A stretch of DNA of 64,000 nucleotides, from NCBI GenBank assembly GCA_951406725.2, contig OX597816.1, positions 84,382,001 to 84,446,000 of the forward strand, in the 5' to 3' direction. Source of the DNA: Octopus vulgaris (Eukaryota). The position numbers and the translations under genes are program-made. This document shows, piece after piece, positions 13,218-27,068 of this stretch. Under the pieces are notes generated by a model, which did not search any database, was not told where the DNA came from, and saw nothing but the letters and a program-made list of their open reading frames with translations. Each line of letters begins with the position of its first letter. The stretch's first letter is position 1.

Positions 13218-13252
13218 GAAAGAATGGAGTCGAACGAAGATGTTAACAAAAT

Positions 13253-13347
13253 TCCTTTACTCTCGACATATGTTTCGAAGACAACATGGTTTCATTCCAA
13301 AGGAATAAAGGGTGCATTATGCAATATTCTCATCAGGAAAGAAAGGA
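13253..13347 (-). ncRNA. Type I hammerhead ribozyme (inverted copy)
   Basis: Reverse-complement copy of 13431-13525 with one stem II mismatch (GAAUA). Confidence 0.75.
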
Positions 13348-13430
13348 GCCTCTCTCGACAACAAGACAAACAAAAATACATGGTAAACAAAACGATAACC
13401 GTTTTTGTTTGTCTTGTTGCCGAGAGAGGC

Positions 13431-13525
13431 TCCTTTCTTTCCTGATGAGAAGATTGCATAATTCACCCTTTATTCCTTTGGAATGAAACCATGTTGTCTT
13501 CGAAACATATGTCGAGAGTAAAGGA
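13431..13525 (+). ncRNA. Type I hammerhead ribozyme with canonical core and extended stem II
   Basis: UCCUUUCUUUC-CUGAUGA-GAAGA...UCUUC-GAAA-CAUAUG-UC-GAGAGUAAAGGA: GUC triplet, palindromic ACAUAUGU stem III, 11-bp stem I with one bulge. Confidence 0.85.
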
Positions 13526-13716
13526 ATTTTGTTAACATCTTCGTTCGACTCCATTCTTTCATTTATTCATAAACAACACACACATTTCTGCACATGAACC
13601 CGGAGTTTCTACCCTTGGACAGGTCGCTTCAACTGTGTTTCTGACGTGAAATTGCTACCCTGGTTTCGGTTCAGCGAATTTTCCATGCTGAATATAAACA
13701 TAGGATAATTCATTCA

Positions 13717-13770
<54 letters not shown>

Positions 13771-14184
13771 TATATATATCCAGTTGCATATTTATGTATA
13801 TGTATATTATATGTGTGCATATATACATATATAAATATCAAAATATTCATAAATGTATATATCTATAGCAGACATATGTCGTTCACATTCTATATGATTG
13901 TAGGTTATCTGTTCCTCTAAAGTAAAACTTTTTGTTGCTCATTTTCATTGTACGCAAATAAAGTGTTTCAAGAAGAAACAATGCACCATCATTGAGTCCT
14001 TAATGACGTTTTTGTGCAGGATGTCTAGCATCCCTGAAGTGTATAGGCTGTTTGTGGAGATCATACGGTTGGAAATCATCAACTATAATTAACACGATTC
14101 GTCAACTAGTGAATGAGTTGACTCGCGAGAACAGAAGAGTCACACTTCGTCAGCTGTTGGATAACTTCACTGTAGTCTATATGT

Positions 14185-14395
14185 AGGCGGCGAGGTAGCA
14201 GAAATCATTAGCACGCCAGGCAAAATGCTTAAAAGATTTCGTCCAAATTTGAGTTCAAATTCCGCTGCGGTCAATTTTCTCCTTTATCTTTTCGGAGTCG
14301 ATGAGATAATTATCAGCTGAACATTGGGTTCGATGTAATCGACTTGACCACTCCCTCGGAATTGTTGGCCTTGTTCCAAGATTTGAAATCAATAT
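14185..14395 (+). mobile_element. SINE family B copy
   Basis: Degenerate match to the family B head and Nin-like domain. Confidence 0.75.
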
Positions 14396-14669
14396 GAATT
14401 GTAAAATATGGTGTATGGTTCTGTCTATTGGAATGTGTGAATCGAAGTTGGGTACCTTGTCAGTTGATATCTGATTTGAAGGAGGAAAATAGTAGAATTT
14501 GCTCTCGTGTGAGGAATGTCTTTGAAGTTAATGAGAATACGTTCTTTTCTCGACCTAGTCATATCGGATGAAATGTGATCTGAATCTTTTATAATCTTCA
14601 ACGATACCTCAGTCGATGGAATGACGTCACACTTCTTCTCCAAAGCCTAAGACGTTTTAGAACTAGTGA

Positions 14670-15250
14670 TCTCTACAGAAAAGAAAGTTGAGTGTTTTGG
14701 TGAATGACAAGGGTGTCATTCGTTTTGATTTTCTGGAACGTGTTTGTACCGTCAGCGACAAGACACTGAAGAACTAAAAAAGCGTAGATTAGACATTAGG
14801 ATGAAGAAACCGAACTAACATTTAAATGCGATTTACATTCGCCACAACAATGCCTGACCAGTCATCTCTGGCAACAAATCAGGTTCTCAGCAAATTGAGC
14901 TGATTAGTGCACCCCATCGACCGTACAGTATGAATCTGGCTTCCTACTTCCGTCTGTTTGATCCAATGAAGAACAATCTTCATACCCAATGATTTGATTA
15001 CACAAACGAAGTGAAAGTTGTTGTGGAAAAGTGGGTACAACTGAGCCCATGTGAATGCTTTGAAAGAGGACTTCAGAGACAGCAGACAAGTATTCCTTGT
15101 GATGAAAACTATGTTGAGTATCTTTGTATTGAGAAAGGGTTTATACAATAACCAACATGTGCAATTTGAAAGGCGTATGTCAGTTTATATGTGCAGTTTT
15201 AATAACATATGTTATTTTATAAAAAAGTTATGTCTGCTTTTGAATCCCTT
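14670..15250 (+). mobile_element. Decayed mariner transposase catalytic region
   Basis: Frameshifted remnants of VFW..KGVI..DFLE, HDNARPH (CACAACAATGCCTGACCA) and HPPYSPDLAPSDF.LF (CATCGACCGTACAGTATGAATCTGGCT). Confidence 0.75.
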
Positions 15251-15533
15251 TTTAATGAACTCATGAATATGTCAGCTAAACCATACTAGTGGTTTTTATC
15301 TTTGCGTACACGTTATTTATGAATCGCAGCTAAGTTTTCTATTAATGTTCCAACAATATACGTATATTATGAGCTCGGATAACGGGCAGAGTCAACGACT
15401 ATTGAAAAGGTTGCAAGACGCAACGAAAATTTTAGAAAAATAAATAAGTAAATGAGTGGAAACTTTACCGGTGACTGTGTTCAATAATAAGGCACTAAAA
15501 GAGATTGACTCACTCCAGACACAACAATATATA

Positions 15534-16184
15534 CTAGCAGTATCGCCCGGCGTTGCGGTTTGTTTAGACCCTTTAGAATTGGAATTTTTGAAAAGTAAAA
15601 ATTTTGCAGTATGTAGCTTGTTATTCTCTTTAAGTGAAATACACCGAAAAATGGCAACACAGCAGTCAAAACATCGTAAAAAATTTGGGATTTTCATAGA
15701 AAAAAGGCACCTTTTTGATGTAAATAATTTTTGGTGTTAACATGGTCCGATTTGAATTTTTTCTTCTACGGAAGGAAGAGTTAGCCTTCTTCTATCATAC
15801 GAAAAAAACCTCCAGGCTACATCCCGAAAATTCATTTCTTTGCCGAATTTCTACAATGTTTACGGCGATTCGTTTTTATATCTTGATTTTTTATTTTTCA
15901 TGCAATTTACGCATGCTTGCACGTCAAACAGCTGACTGAGTAAAGTTCACTATTCAATGCATGGGATAAGGCCTAAACAAGCACATTATCGATGTTTGCA
16001 CTTGCGAGATGAATTTCGGAACAGAAATAGCGCAGTGCAATTTCCATTCGCCTAAACTTTAAGTGACTCATTTTTGGTGGTTCTACGATTGGCTAGGAGG
16101 AGATGTGCCGGGAAGTTAAACACACAGACACACACACAGATACACACACAGACACACAAGTTGAGTTTTATATATATATATAGA
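15534..16184 (-). mobile_element. Non-autonomous Helitron-like element
   Basis: Minus strand starts A|TCTATATATA and ends ...CCGCAACGCCGGGCGATACTGCTAG|T: 5'-TC, subterminal GC hairpin, 3'-CTAG, AT target, no TSD. Confidence 0.75.
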
Positions 16185-17253
16185 TATACCATCAAGGGTA
16201 GGTACAAATTATAGTATACTATAGTGTACTATAGAAATTCATACAGCGTGAAGCGGTCACCAACTGACTGAGGTACGCCAAACTATAAATAACATACTAG
16301 GCAGAGACGACAACAACAACAGGACTTTTCGTTTATCATATTTATTATATGAAAATTTATGAATTTCCACTAACGAAATGCAAAGTTAACTTTTGTCGAC
16401 CTTAAACACCCCAATTCCAAAATCGGAAGAAATACTGCAAATGATTTCGTCCGATGCTCTACCAAATTTGGTGTTTCAGCAACAATAATCCCATCATTGA
16501 TTCACATACAATAATTACATTATTCAATTGGCGGTGCTCCAGTATAGCCGCAGTCAATTGATTGAAACAAGTTGCAGAATATATTCTAGATTAACAAAAA
16601 GAAAAGCGAAAAATAACCCCCAAAACAAGAAAACATTATTGAAGATTATGGGGGATTTAGCTTCAATTTCAGGTTGATCATGTGACGTTGTTTTACGTCG
16701 ATGTTAAAAGCAGTGAATGTTTGGATTTTAGTAATGTTATCACCATAGTAATGTAGCTGAGGTAGATGATAGGTAAATAAACCACAGTGTTTATAAGATG
16801 CTGATTGTGACGATTGTGGTAGTGATGAAGTTGCAGATGTTGATACTGGTGGTGGTGGTGGCATTTACGGTGGAGGGAGGATGATGGTGGCATATGCTGG
16901 GGAGAGAATTCGCATAACTTTCGTTAACACATGTCCTTATCTTGTAGCGTTGGCGGAGGCGATGGTAGTGCAATGGAAACATATCTCCTGTGGAATAGAA
17001 GTTACCACAAGGTGTTTAACATATGTTGAATATGCGTTTATTAGAACTGCATAGATTATATAAGGGTATAATTCACACGTCAGATGTTGGATGGTACGAA
17101 TTTGATATAATTCAAATCACATACGTCATTGAAAGCACTGGCATGTTTTGATTTATAACTCTATATGTGCGCGTGTCTGTACATATATACGTACGCACAT
17201 AGGCATATATACATATATATCTGAATATATGCAAATGGATATCTATCTATATA

Positions 17254-17297
<44 letters not shown>

Positions 17298-17314
17298 CCT
17301 ATATATATATATAG

Positions 17315-17640
17315 GGGCACTCCGTCGATTACGACGACGAGGGTGTCCCAGCTGATACGACCAACGGAACAGTTGACTCGGGAAATTAACGTATAAGTGG
17401 CTGAGAACTCCATACACACGTGTGCCGTTAACGTAGTTTGCAGGGGGATTCAGCGTGACACAGAGTATGATAAGGCTGGCCCTTTGAAATACAGGTATTA
17501 CTCATTTTTGCCAGCTGAGTGGATTGAAGCAACGTGAAATAAAGTGTCTTGCTCAAGGACACAGCCCGTCTCTGAGAATTGAACTCACGACCTTACGATC
17601 GTGAGCCGAATGCCCTAACCACTAAGCCACGTGTCTTCAC
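17315..17640 (-). mobile_element. tRNA-headed CORE-type SINE (family C), near full length
   Basis: GTGGCTTAGTGGTTAGGGC A-box, GAGTTCAATTC B-box, CCTTGAGCAAGACACTT CORE-like block. Confidence 0.8.
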
Positions 17641-17672
17641 TCTCTCACTCTCTCTATATATATATGCATACA

Positions 17673-17754
<82 letters not shown>

Positions 17755-18184
17755 ATATATCTATATATATGTGTGTGTGTGTTCGTGCATGTGGGTGTAA
17801 GCATCCACACAACCACATGAGCACAGACACGCATAGGCATATGCTTCTGTATATATATATCAAAGGGGATTTCTTGAAATCGAGGTGATTGTGTAAGTTA
17901 GCGCTCATAAGAATACTGGCTCACTGAATGTATAGAAGGGAATAGTGCTTCAGTTGGAGGAAGTGTTCCACACGAACCGACAGACCAGCAAATTTTTGTC
18001 AGTCACAGAATATAGAGTAACTAGTGAAAATAAATAGAACGCCTTTATTCGTAATTTGCGATTTGCTCAATCGGTCTTCATTAGATGTCCGGTTGGTCTA
18101 TTGTAATATAGCTTAAAATTGTATAATCTATCTTTATACTCATGTTTACATGTTTTTTACAATGTCAATCGCTTTATCTGTCAG

Positions 18185-19062
18185 AGTTAGAAAGGAACAG
18201 AGAAAGAAACAAGGAGAGAAAATAAAGAATGTGTAGTGGCTAGCGACCTCTCATAGCGAAGGCCGGGCAAAAGGGTAACACAGGAGTGCTAGGGAGAAGG
18301 GGAGATAACAAAGTGGTGGTGATCCTAAAACGAAGGTGCGCGTGCGTGTGTACAAGATAGTTTGTATGTGCGTGTGGAAGAGGGCTGGTGATCTTGACAG
18401 TGGCGTGTGTGTATGAGTAGGTGTGAAAATATTGGTCTGGGAAGTGGTCGGTGCTGATGTGTGCGTGGTTGTGTGTGGTGATGTGATGCGTTGTGTGGTA
18501 TGGTGGTGTGTGCCTGGTGTCAAGGTGAAGGGAAGTGGGGGAGGCGGGAGTGGGGAACGCAAAAGTGGGGTGTGGGTTAGGCTGAGGGTGGGTGTAGAGA
18601 TGGGATGTGGATAGGTGGACGGTGGGGGTAAATGTGGGTATGTGGGAGATGGTGTAAGGGGTGGGGTAGTATTGGAAGTATAGGGAAGTTTAAGTTGGTA
18701 TGTGTATGGGTGGGTAGGAGGATGTAGGTGTGAGGGGGTGAGTGGCGAGGAGAAGAGGTTAGACGAAGAGGATAGAAGAGTTGAGCTCAAGTGGCGCAAA
18801 GGAGCGAAGAGAGAAGATTAATCCCTGTTCACGGCGTAATCGGGAGTCAGGATGTCCCCTGTGCAAGGTCAATCCGAACATGGACAGGTGACCGGTAGAG
18901 CGGAAATGGCGCGAGACAGGGGTATCATTGCCGAGTCGGATGTCTCAGAGGTGTTCCGCAAACCGGTCAGCCAAGCGGCATCCCGTTTGCCCGATGTATA
19001 GAAAATGGCAGAGAGAGCAGGAGATGCAGTAGAAGAGATGGTAGAAGTGCAGGTGAAGGACT
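18185..19062 (-). mobile_element. Penelope-like element 3' region (GIY-YIG endonuclease remnant plus C-rich 3' UTR)
   Basis: Minus-strand translation SFTCTS...YCISCSLCHFLYIGQTGCRLADRFAEHL*DIRLGNDTPVSRHFRSTGH. Confidence 0.85.
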
Positions 19063-19063
19063 C

Positions 19064-19113
<50 letters not shown>

Positions 19114-19115
<2 letters not shown>

Positions 19116-19997
19116 CAAAATAAGCAACAAGGATATCCAGAGGTAATGCAGTATGATCGTTTCATGCGACTCCATTTAATTGGAGAATGCAATCATTTCA
19201 TTACATCAATTTAAATTGTAGAGCAATCCTCAGCTGCAGAATGACATAGAATGTAATTAAATTAGAACACATTAGTATAATTTTACCCAAAATCTCCGAG
19301 AAGATAAGGAGATAGACATCTTTTATCAGCAGCATCACAGTTGTAACTGAAATGTTTTCAAGAAAGACTCTGCCTGTCATTGATTTTTCTGTTATTTAGT
19401 TTTGAAATACGGTGGTGGGGTCAGTTTTAATTTATAGACTAGTTTATCAAATCCTTTGTATATTTAAGGCTGAGAGAAGACAGAGGGTAGTATATGTTTG
19501 GAGTAGGTTCGGTGGAGTAAACAGACATTCGAAATGGTATAGTCATAAAATCAAGATATATTTGAAGCAATGTCATGAGGTTTAGTAAAAGAATACTTCA
19601 AACAAGTTGCTGGCTGCTATTAAGGGATCGCTCACTAGTAGATCAGTGCTAATAGGACAGGGGAAGTCTTATCATGTAGTCCTATACTTAATTACTATAG
19701 TAGTTACTTATAGTAGTTAACTGTAGTACTACAGTTATGCTAATTATACTAATGTGTCCTAATTTAATTAATTTCTATGTCTTTGTGCAGCTGAGGATTG
19801 CTCTACATTTTGAATTGATGTAATGAAATGATTGCATTGTTCAATTAAATGGAGTTGCATGAAACATTCTCACTGCATTACCTCTAGATATATTTGCTAC
19901 TTATTTTGATTTTAATCACCTTATTTTCAAATTGTATGGATAATACCAAACTAAATTCTGGTGCCTCAACTTAAGTACCATATTCATCAGAATCTAA

Positions 19998-20000
<3 letters not shown>
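19114..20000. mobile_element. (TA)n-embedded element with about 169-bp inverted repeats carrying HHR
   Basis: Arms 19114-19282 and 19742-19910 (diverged); (TA)n on both sides. Confidence 0.75.
19147..19238 (-). ncRNA. Type I hammerhead motif with extended stem II
   Basis: UGCAG-CUGAGGA-UUGC...GCAU-GAAA-CGAUCA-UA-CUGCA; a more decayed plus-strand copy lies at 19786-19877. Confidence 0.65.
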
Positions 20001-20066
<66 letters not shown>

Positions 20067-20613
20067 TATTTACGTATCTATATATCACTATTTACATATC
20101 TATATATCTATAGATATCGAATTTTGACATTATGCAAACACTATTAACAATATCGTATTTAAAATTCACTAAAACGATACATTTTCGACCTTGTAATTTT
20201 TTTCCTACATGCGATGTTTTCTTTCATCAAAGAGATATTTTACATTCTTTCTACGACTCCCTACTGATAGGTTTGCTAACGTTCTAATTACTGTGCAATT
20301 CGTTCGATTCACGTTGTGTTGTGCAGAATACATATATATTGTATATTAATCAGGAAAACGCAAATTAGGCTATCCACTAATATGCCAATATATGATTATT
20401 TTCTTATACGTACTCAAGATAATATTGTTATTGTTCGTGGAAGGAAACTGGGTACGTCTGGTCTGAGAAATAGGAAACCGGTCTATCAGGAGAATTCCCC
20501 TTCTCTTTGTCTTCTATCAAAAGCATAGAAGAAATGCATATGCATTCTATTTATTTCACCCGAAGCCGGGTCGCCCAGTATCTAGGTTTTTCAGTACTTA
20601 CCGATTCACGTGC

Positions 20614-20660
<47 letters not shown>

Positions 20661-20820
20661 TATGTATAATGTGCATAATTTTATGAGTGTGTATGTGGTT
20701 TTTGTTTGTTTATGTATAAGGGGTATGCACGTATGTAAACAGAATATCTGACATATTGCTTAATCTGGTCTGCTGCAATAAAACAATAGCATAACGCATC
20801 TACAACTATATTCCCAATAA

Positions 20821-20862
20821 TCGTCGTCGTCCTCATCGTCGTCGTCGTCGTCGTCGTCGTCG

Positions 20863-20923
<61 letters not shown>

Positions 20924-20951
20924 AATCATAATCATCATCAACAACAACAAC
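20821..20951. repeat. Compound (TCG)n(TCA)n microsatellite
   Basis: Direct trinucleotide repeats. Confidence 0.9.
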
Positions 20952-21335
20952 AGCTATCCTGCCCAGTTACATGACTATTATAATCGGGGTTGCTGACGTC
21001 TTCTACCACCAACTAGGTACCCTTCAAGCATAACATTTTCCATTCCTACTGTTTCTAACTTGCTCACTTTCATCTCCTTCTAGTCATCATAATTTCAACT
21101 TTAATCTTGTTTGTTGTCGCCATTATAAAACCTGAATTTCATCTCCACATTGCCGCCATGATCATCATCGTCGTTGTCATCATCGCCGTTGTCTTCGTCT
21201 GTCTGGTTGGCCTGATCGTTACCATTCTCATCATTTCAATATAAAAGATGGAAAAATATTCTTATTCTAAAAGATAGAATATAAAGCATCAACAACTGTT
21301 AGAATTTTTCTGAAGGCTATCTTATAATGGTCGAT

Positions 21336-21409
<74 letters not shown>

Positions 21410-21528
21410 CAAGTGCACTAACATTTACTCACACACGCACACGCACATACACACACACACAGGCACACACACAGACACTTTCACATACGCAAGGTGGCCC
21501 GAAGACACATATGCAAATAGAGGTATAT

Positions 21529-21607
<79 letters not shown>

Positions 21608-21714
21608 CTATAGCGATCCACACGTCATTCTGATTCAAATTTACATAAGAGATAATATTTATGGTCTGTATCTAGTATTTTGCTCTGTTTATCGCGCTCG
21701 CCACGACATTTGTG

Positions 21715-21790
<76 letters not shown>

Positions 21791-22621
21791 GTTTATGTTT
21801 GTTTTAATTATTTGAAGTTTTCCTATTAGGAAAAAGTTCATTTCTAACAAACACACAAATTTGAAATATAGATTACAAACGCAATATCACATCCATTTTG
21901 AAACTAGAAAAAGTTTAATAAATGTTACTGCTACATTTACAGATTGTATTTCTAGTATACGTGGAAGCTGGTTCAATTCTTATATAGTTAAGAACGTGGT
22001 GGAGGAGGTTGTATATATCCAAAGACTATCTTTAGTATTTGAATGCCTCTGTGATGCATCAGCGACAACAGCATCATCATTTTTTTAAAGAAACAAAGTT
22101 CTTGGTTTAAATGAAAAGTCCCCCACCTTCAAAAAGCGTTAAGGCTTACGTCATCTCAAATAACTTACAGGTGCTGTAGTACTGTTTGCGTCGGTGTTGC
22201 TGTCGGTAACATCTACGATTATACAAGCGGAATTCCACGTGGAGTAGATATGTCTTATAATTCGGGGTAAATAACGCTACGTTGGTAACTAAATGGTGTT
22301 TTTCATATTTATAATTTGGAGAAATATACCAGTTGCTGATTTAGACTTGAGGAGTCGGCATAATTGTAGAAGAAAACGTTCAAAAATACACTTCAAACGG
22401 TTTTCTACGGCTTCGTATCTGATGTTGGCTGCGCCATGTTGTATGTAATAACAGCAACAACAACAACAATAATAATGATCCTTTCTATTATAGGCACAAG
22501 GCCTGAAATTTTGGGGAAGTGTTGCCAGTACAAAATTGGTACTTAATTTCTCGACCCCAACAAGGTGAAAGAACGTAGCAACAGGCGAAATACCGCTAAG
22601 CATTTCGTCCAACTCATCGCC

Positions 22622-22622
<1 letters not shown>

Positions 22623-22692
<70 letters not shown>

Positions 22693-22710
22693 TATAATAA
22701 TAATAATAAT

Positions 22711-22775
<65 letters not shown>

Positions 22776-22790
22776 TAATAACAATAATAA
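22623..22790. repeat. (TAA)n/(CAA)n microsatellite, left flank of Dong-like insertion
   Basis: Direct trinucleotide repeat. Confidence 0.95.
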
Positions 22791-23561
22791 TTGACCATGT
22801 GGTCTCCAAGTGCAGTCTTCTAGCGCCTACAGAGTATCTCAACAGACACGATAGAGCTGCACAATATATTCACTGGGTAATCTGCAAAAACCTGGATTTG
22901 CCCCATGAAAAAAACTGATGGGAACACAAATCACACCCAGTGCTTGAAAATGACCACATCTCACTCCTCTGGAACTTCACCATTCAAACTGACAGAAAGA
23001 TAGATGCAAATAGGCCAGACATCATATTGAACGACTTCAAACAAAGAACATGCCTCCTCATTGATATGACTGTCCCAATCGATATAAACGTATCTGTCAA
23101 GACCTACCAAAAACTGAGCAAATATAAAGATCTTGAAATAGAAATCAGCAAAATGTGGAACCTGAAGACTAAAACAATACCTGTTGTCATAGGTGCCCTG
23201 GGAATGATAGCAAAAGGGGCTGATAGCTACCTAACTCAGATACCAGGAAACCCAAAAATGGCAGAAATTCAAAAGATAGTGCTCATGGGCACTGCTCATA
23301 TCCTACGCAAAATACTTTCTATGTAATCTCAAGGTTTAAAACAAACATAATTTTCGGTTTAAAGGGAGAGGGAAAAGAAAAAAAAAATTATTTTTATTTA
23401 AAAAAATTTTTTTTTTTAGACATTCATTAGTACAACCCCCCCCCCAATATATGGCACACTAGGCATAACAACAACATGAACTTCCAACCTGTTGTCTCTT
23501 GAGGTCTCTGGGTGAGACTTGGAGCCAACTTGTACAAATATAAAGCAAAACTCAAACATAG
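22791..23561 (+). mobile_element. 5'-truncated R4/Dong-clade non-LTR retrotransposon (restriction-like endonuclease domain plus 3' UTR)
   Basis: DHVVSKC...YLNRHD...IHW, NRPDIIL...LLIDMTVP, KLSKYKDL, IPVVIGALG motifs; single nonsense codon at 22916-22918. Confidence 0.9.
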
Positions 23562-23830
<269 letters not shown>

Positions 23831-24639
23831 TGCCATCGACAACAATGACGTCAATAACAAAACAAAAGTATTTTATTCGTACAGAACAAGAGCGACATTT
23901 TTATTCTCAGAAAAAATGCTAGGTAAAATGAAATTTATATATTTCTGTATTAATGTTTAGACCAATAATATCATTAAGTATCTTTGCTAAAATATATATA
24001 TATATATATATATATATAAACATTGGCAAATATAATGGCTTAATGCATATTATAGTAAAAATATAAATTACTAAATATATTTTCACTAGAGACAAGCTAG
24101 TGAAGGTCTTAACAACAAATATTTTTTTTATAACTAACTCGTAAACTAGAAATATAATCAACGGATAGTAATGGAAGGTAGTGGAAATTTCGGGAAATTT
24201 GTTGCAGTCTTTTTGGCTGATGAAATTTTTTTTAGAAATTATAGTGATTATTCAGGTACAGCAATGTGATTAAATAATATGTTTAGAAATAGTCATGCGC
24301 ATGTCGAAATGGCCATAAATAATGTTACAAATTATGCTCTAAATACCAGAGCAAAATATTGAACAAGTTAGAAAAGAAATTAAGGAAACTAAACAAGCAA
24401 TGTTTGTGTTATGATGAGAAAAACATTCGATGTGTGATGTTCATCATTACATAATTTAAGAGGTGAGGTAGAGCACAAATTTAGAAATAGGACTTCACGA
24501 AACAAAAATATCAATCAGAGTATCAAAAATGCAGACAGATAAGGTTACCCATATATAAGTCATACTCAAAACCATCGTACTGACTACTGCAGACAATTTA
24601 AAAAACAACCTACTGATAAACTAAAAAAAATAAACTAAA

Positions 24640-24852
24640 GAGGCGGTGAGCTGGCAGAAACGTTAGCACGCCAGGTGAAATGTTCAGCGTTTTTTCGTCT
24701 GTCTTTACGTTCTGAGTTCAAATTCCGCCGAGCTCGACTTTGCCTTTCATCCTTTCGAGATCGATAAATTAAGTACCAGTTACGTACTGAGGTCGATGTA
24801 ATCGACTGGTCCTCTCCCCCAAAATTTCGATCCTTGTGCCTAGAGTAGAAAA
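24640..24852 (+). mobile_element. SINE family B, near full length
   Basis: GGCGGTGAGCTGGCAGAAACGTTAGCACGCC head through CCTTGTGCCTAGAGTAGAAA tail. Confidence 0.8.
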
Positions 24853-25724
24853 AAAACTAAGAATATAATGTACCCATGAGGTGCATGCAAGAGCAGGTTG
24901 ACGACGACAACATACAGTAGAAGAAATGGCTGGAGCATAAGCTAATGGATCGGAGAAAATCGATGTTAGTTCAATAAAATCATACAGACAGATACTGCAA
25001 GAATATACAAATACACACAGTGGTTTGATAAACAATATTGAAATAAACATTCTGTCTACACATCGAAAAGCTCCGACACTACGGATGGTTACAGAAATAG
25101 TACGCATACGCGCAGCCGATATTGACCTCACACAAAAGTTCAAAAGTGCGAATGAAAGAAGTAATCATGCTTCAAACATATCATGCACCATTACAAAAAC
25201 AGTAGAATCAGAAGGAGAAAAATAAAATTAAACTCAAATACTGTCAACCGGGACATGCACAAATTACAAATATCCATACTTACAATCAATACCATCAATC
25301 AAATAATTCATACACAAACCAAACTCACAGATCGATACAATCCACACGCACAACCAACCATCAAGTGACACACCAGCGCGAGCAGGTTAATGATTATGAA
25401 TTTAAAAACGATCACAATGAAAACACAGTAAAACACAATATATATGGGACTGGCCATATTTGTAGCAAAACATCAGCTAAAATTTGTAACAAATAACGAT
25501 AAAGAAATGAACTATAATTAGTGAAGATGTTTATTTTATTGAGAGTACCATTCTTTCAAAGTATAACTATATCGGTTACAACACAAGGTTACACAATAAT
25601 ATTCTTGCTAGACACATGATACACACACACATAGACAGAAACAGACGTAAACACACACACACGCGCGGACAAATACGCATGCATATATATATATAATCAT
25701 ATATATATACATACATACAGACAT

Positions 25725-25798
<74 letters not shown>

Positions 25799-26733
25799 AT
25801 ATATATATTTGTAGTTAGATAGATAGATAGATATTTTCTAAGATATTTTGTTATAGTTGCTGACACTGGGGGAGTATCAGAGACCACTTGCGGCCCTCGG
25901 AGAACAGTGAGATTTGAATTCTACCTAGAGTGTTTTAGATCAACACGTGCTGCAAAGATTGAGCGAAGAAGAGAGACCAAAGGGTTGGTGTTCTGGAGAT
26001 GAAGGCTTGTCCATTGTGCCACGTTCGTTGCGGTTGGACGCATTAAGGTTGACTAGAGATAGAGGTTCGAGTCGTTGAAGTAGCAAACCGGGCAAACTGA
26101 GGAGCAGGGGACCTTATATAATCATTCGATCCTGTTTCCACTGCACTGGAGATACGATACTCCCCCGGCAGTGGAGCAGAGGCTGAAGTGAATCCATCAC
26201 CCGTGTGACCCTACTCTGTAAACGATTCAGGCTGGTTTTGAGCGTGATGGGCTGTAAACCTTTGTATGGATTGGTTAAGCCGAGTAGAGTGTAGGGTTGA
26301 AATATCTTCCAGATCTAAAGGGTGAGTCTTTTATGATGTAATGTATATGCTATATATGTGGTGTGTGTGTATATGTGTGTGTGTGTGTCTGTTGCTTTTG
26401 CAAATGTATATAACTCAAAAGTATCATTTGTTATGATTAAACAATGTTTACATCTTTCTATTTCTCTTTCTAGTCTGGTTTACTCCCACACATTGTAACC
26501 ATTCTTAGTAAACACTCTGTCACTGATGTCTTCTCGACAAATATACGGATCATCAGGATCATCATCATCATATCTATGATGACGATCATGGTCATGGTCA
26601 TATTCATTATCATCATCATCATCACGGTCATCGTCACCATCGTCTTCATCATCATCAAGTCTCATCCGCCCACATACTCACACATTCCCAGAACTTGTAG
26701 TATGCACACACAACTATAGACATACAAACATAA

Positions 26734-26777
<44 letters not shown>

Positions 26778-27013
26778 ACAAACACACTCACACACACAAA
26801 CACACACACACATATATACACGCACACACATATACATACATATAAACGAGCAGAGTTTACATGTTCATAACATCAAAGTTCTTCGCCCTTTATCTTCTCT
26901 CTCCCGCCACAAACCCTCTTGTAAGATTTCCTTTGTTTTTATCATTTCTGCGATTGCTCTATTAATTGCAGAAAGTTTCATTCAACCCTACTGCAAGCAT
27001 CATCACACTTACC

Positions 27014-27068
<55 letters not shown>

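Larger units (their letters stand above)
13212..13719 (+). mobile_element. (TA)n-embedded Penelope-pLTR-like element with 165-bp inverted repeat
   Basis: Arms 13212-13376 and 13402-13566 (3 mismatches, 25-nt spacer), unique tail to 13719, (TA)n on both sides. Confidence 0.85.

Noticed and set aside
13286-13554. Mirror-image ORFs on both strands ([19 protein letters not shown]...)
   Set aside because: A by-product of the 165-bp palindrome; no protein motif
18251-18799. 182-aa Pro/Thr/His-rich ORF
   Set aside because: C-rich low-complexity 3' UTR of the Penelope remnant
24210-24250. CTGATGA...GAAA spacing
   Set aside because: No stem I or stem II pairing; expected by chance in AT-rich DNA
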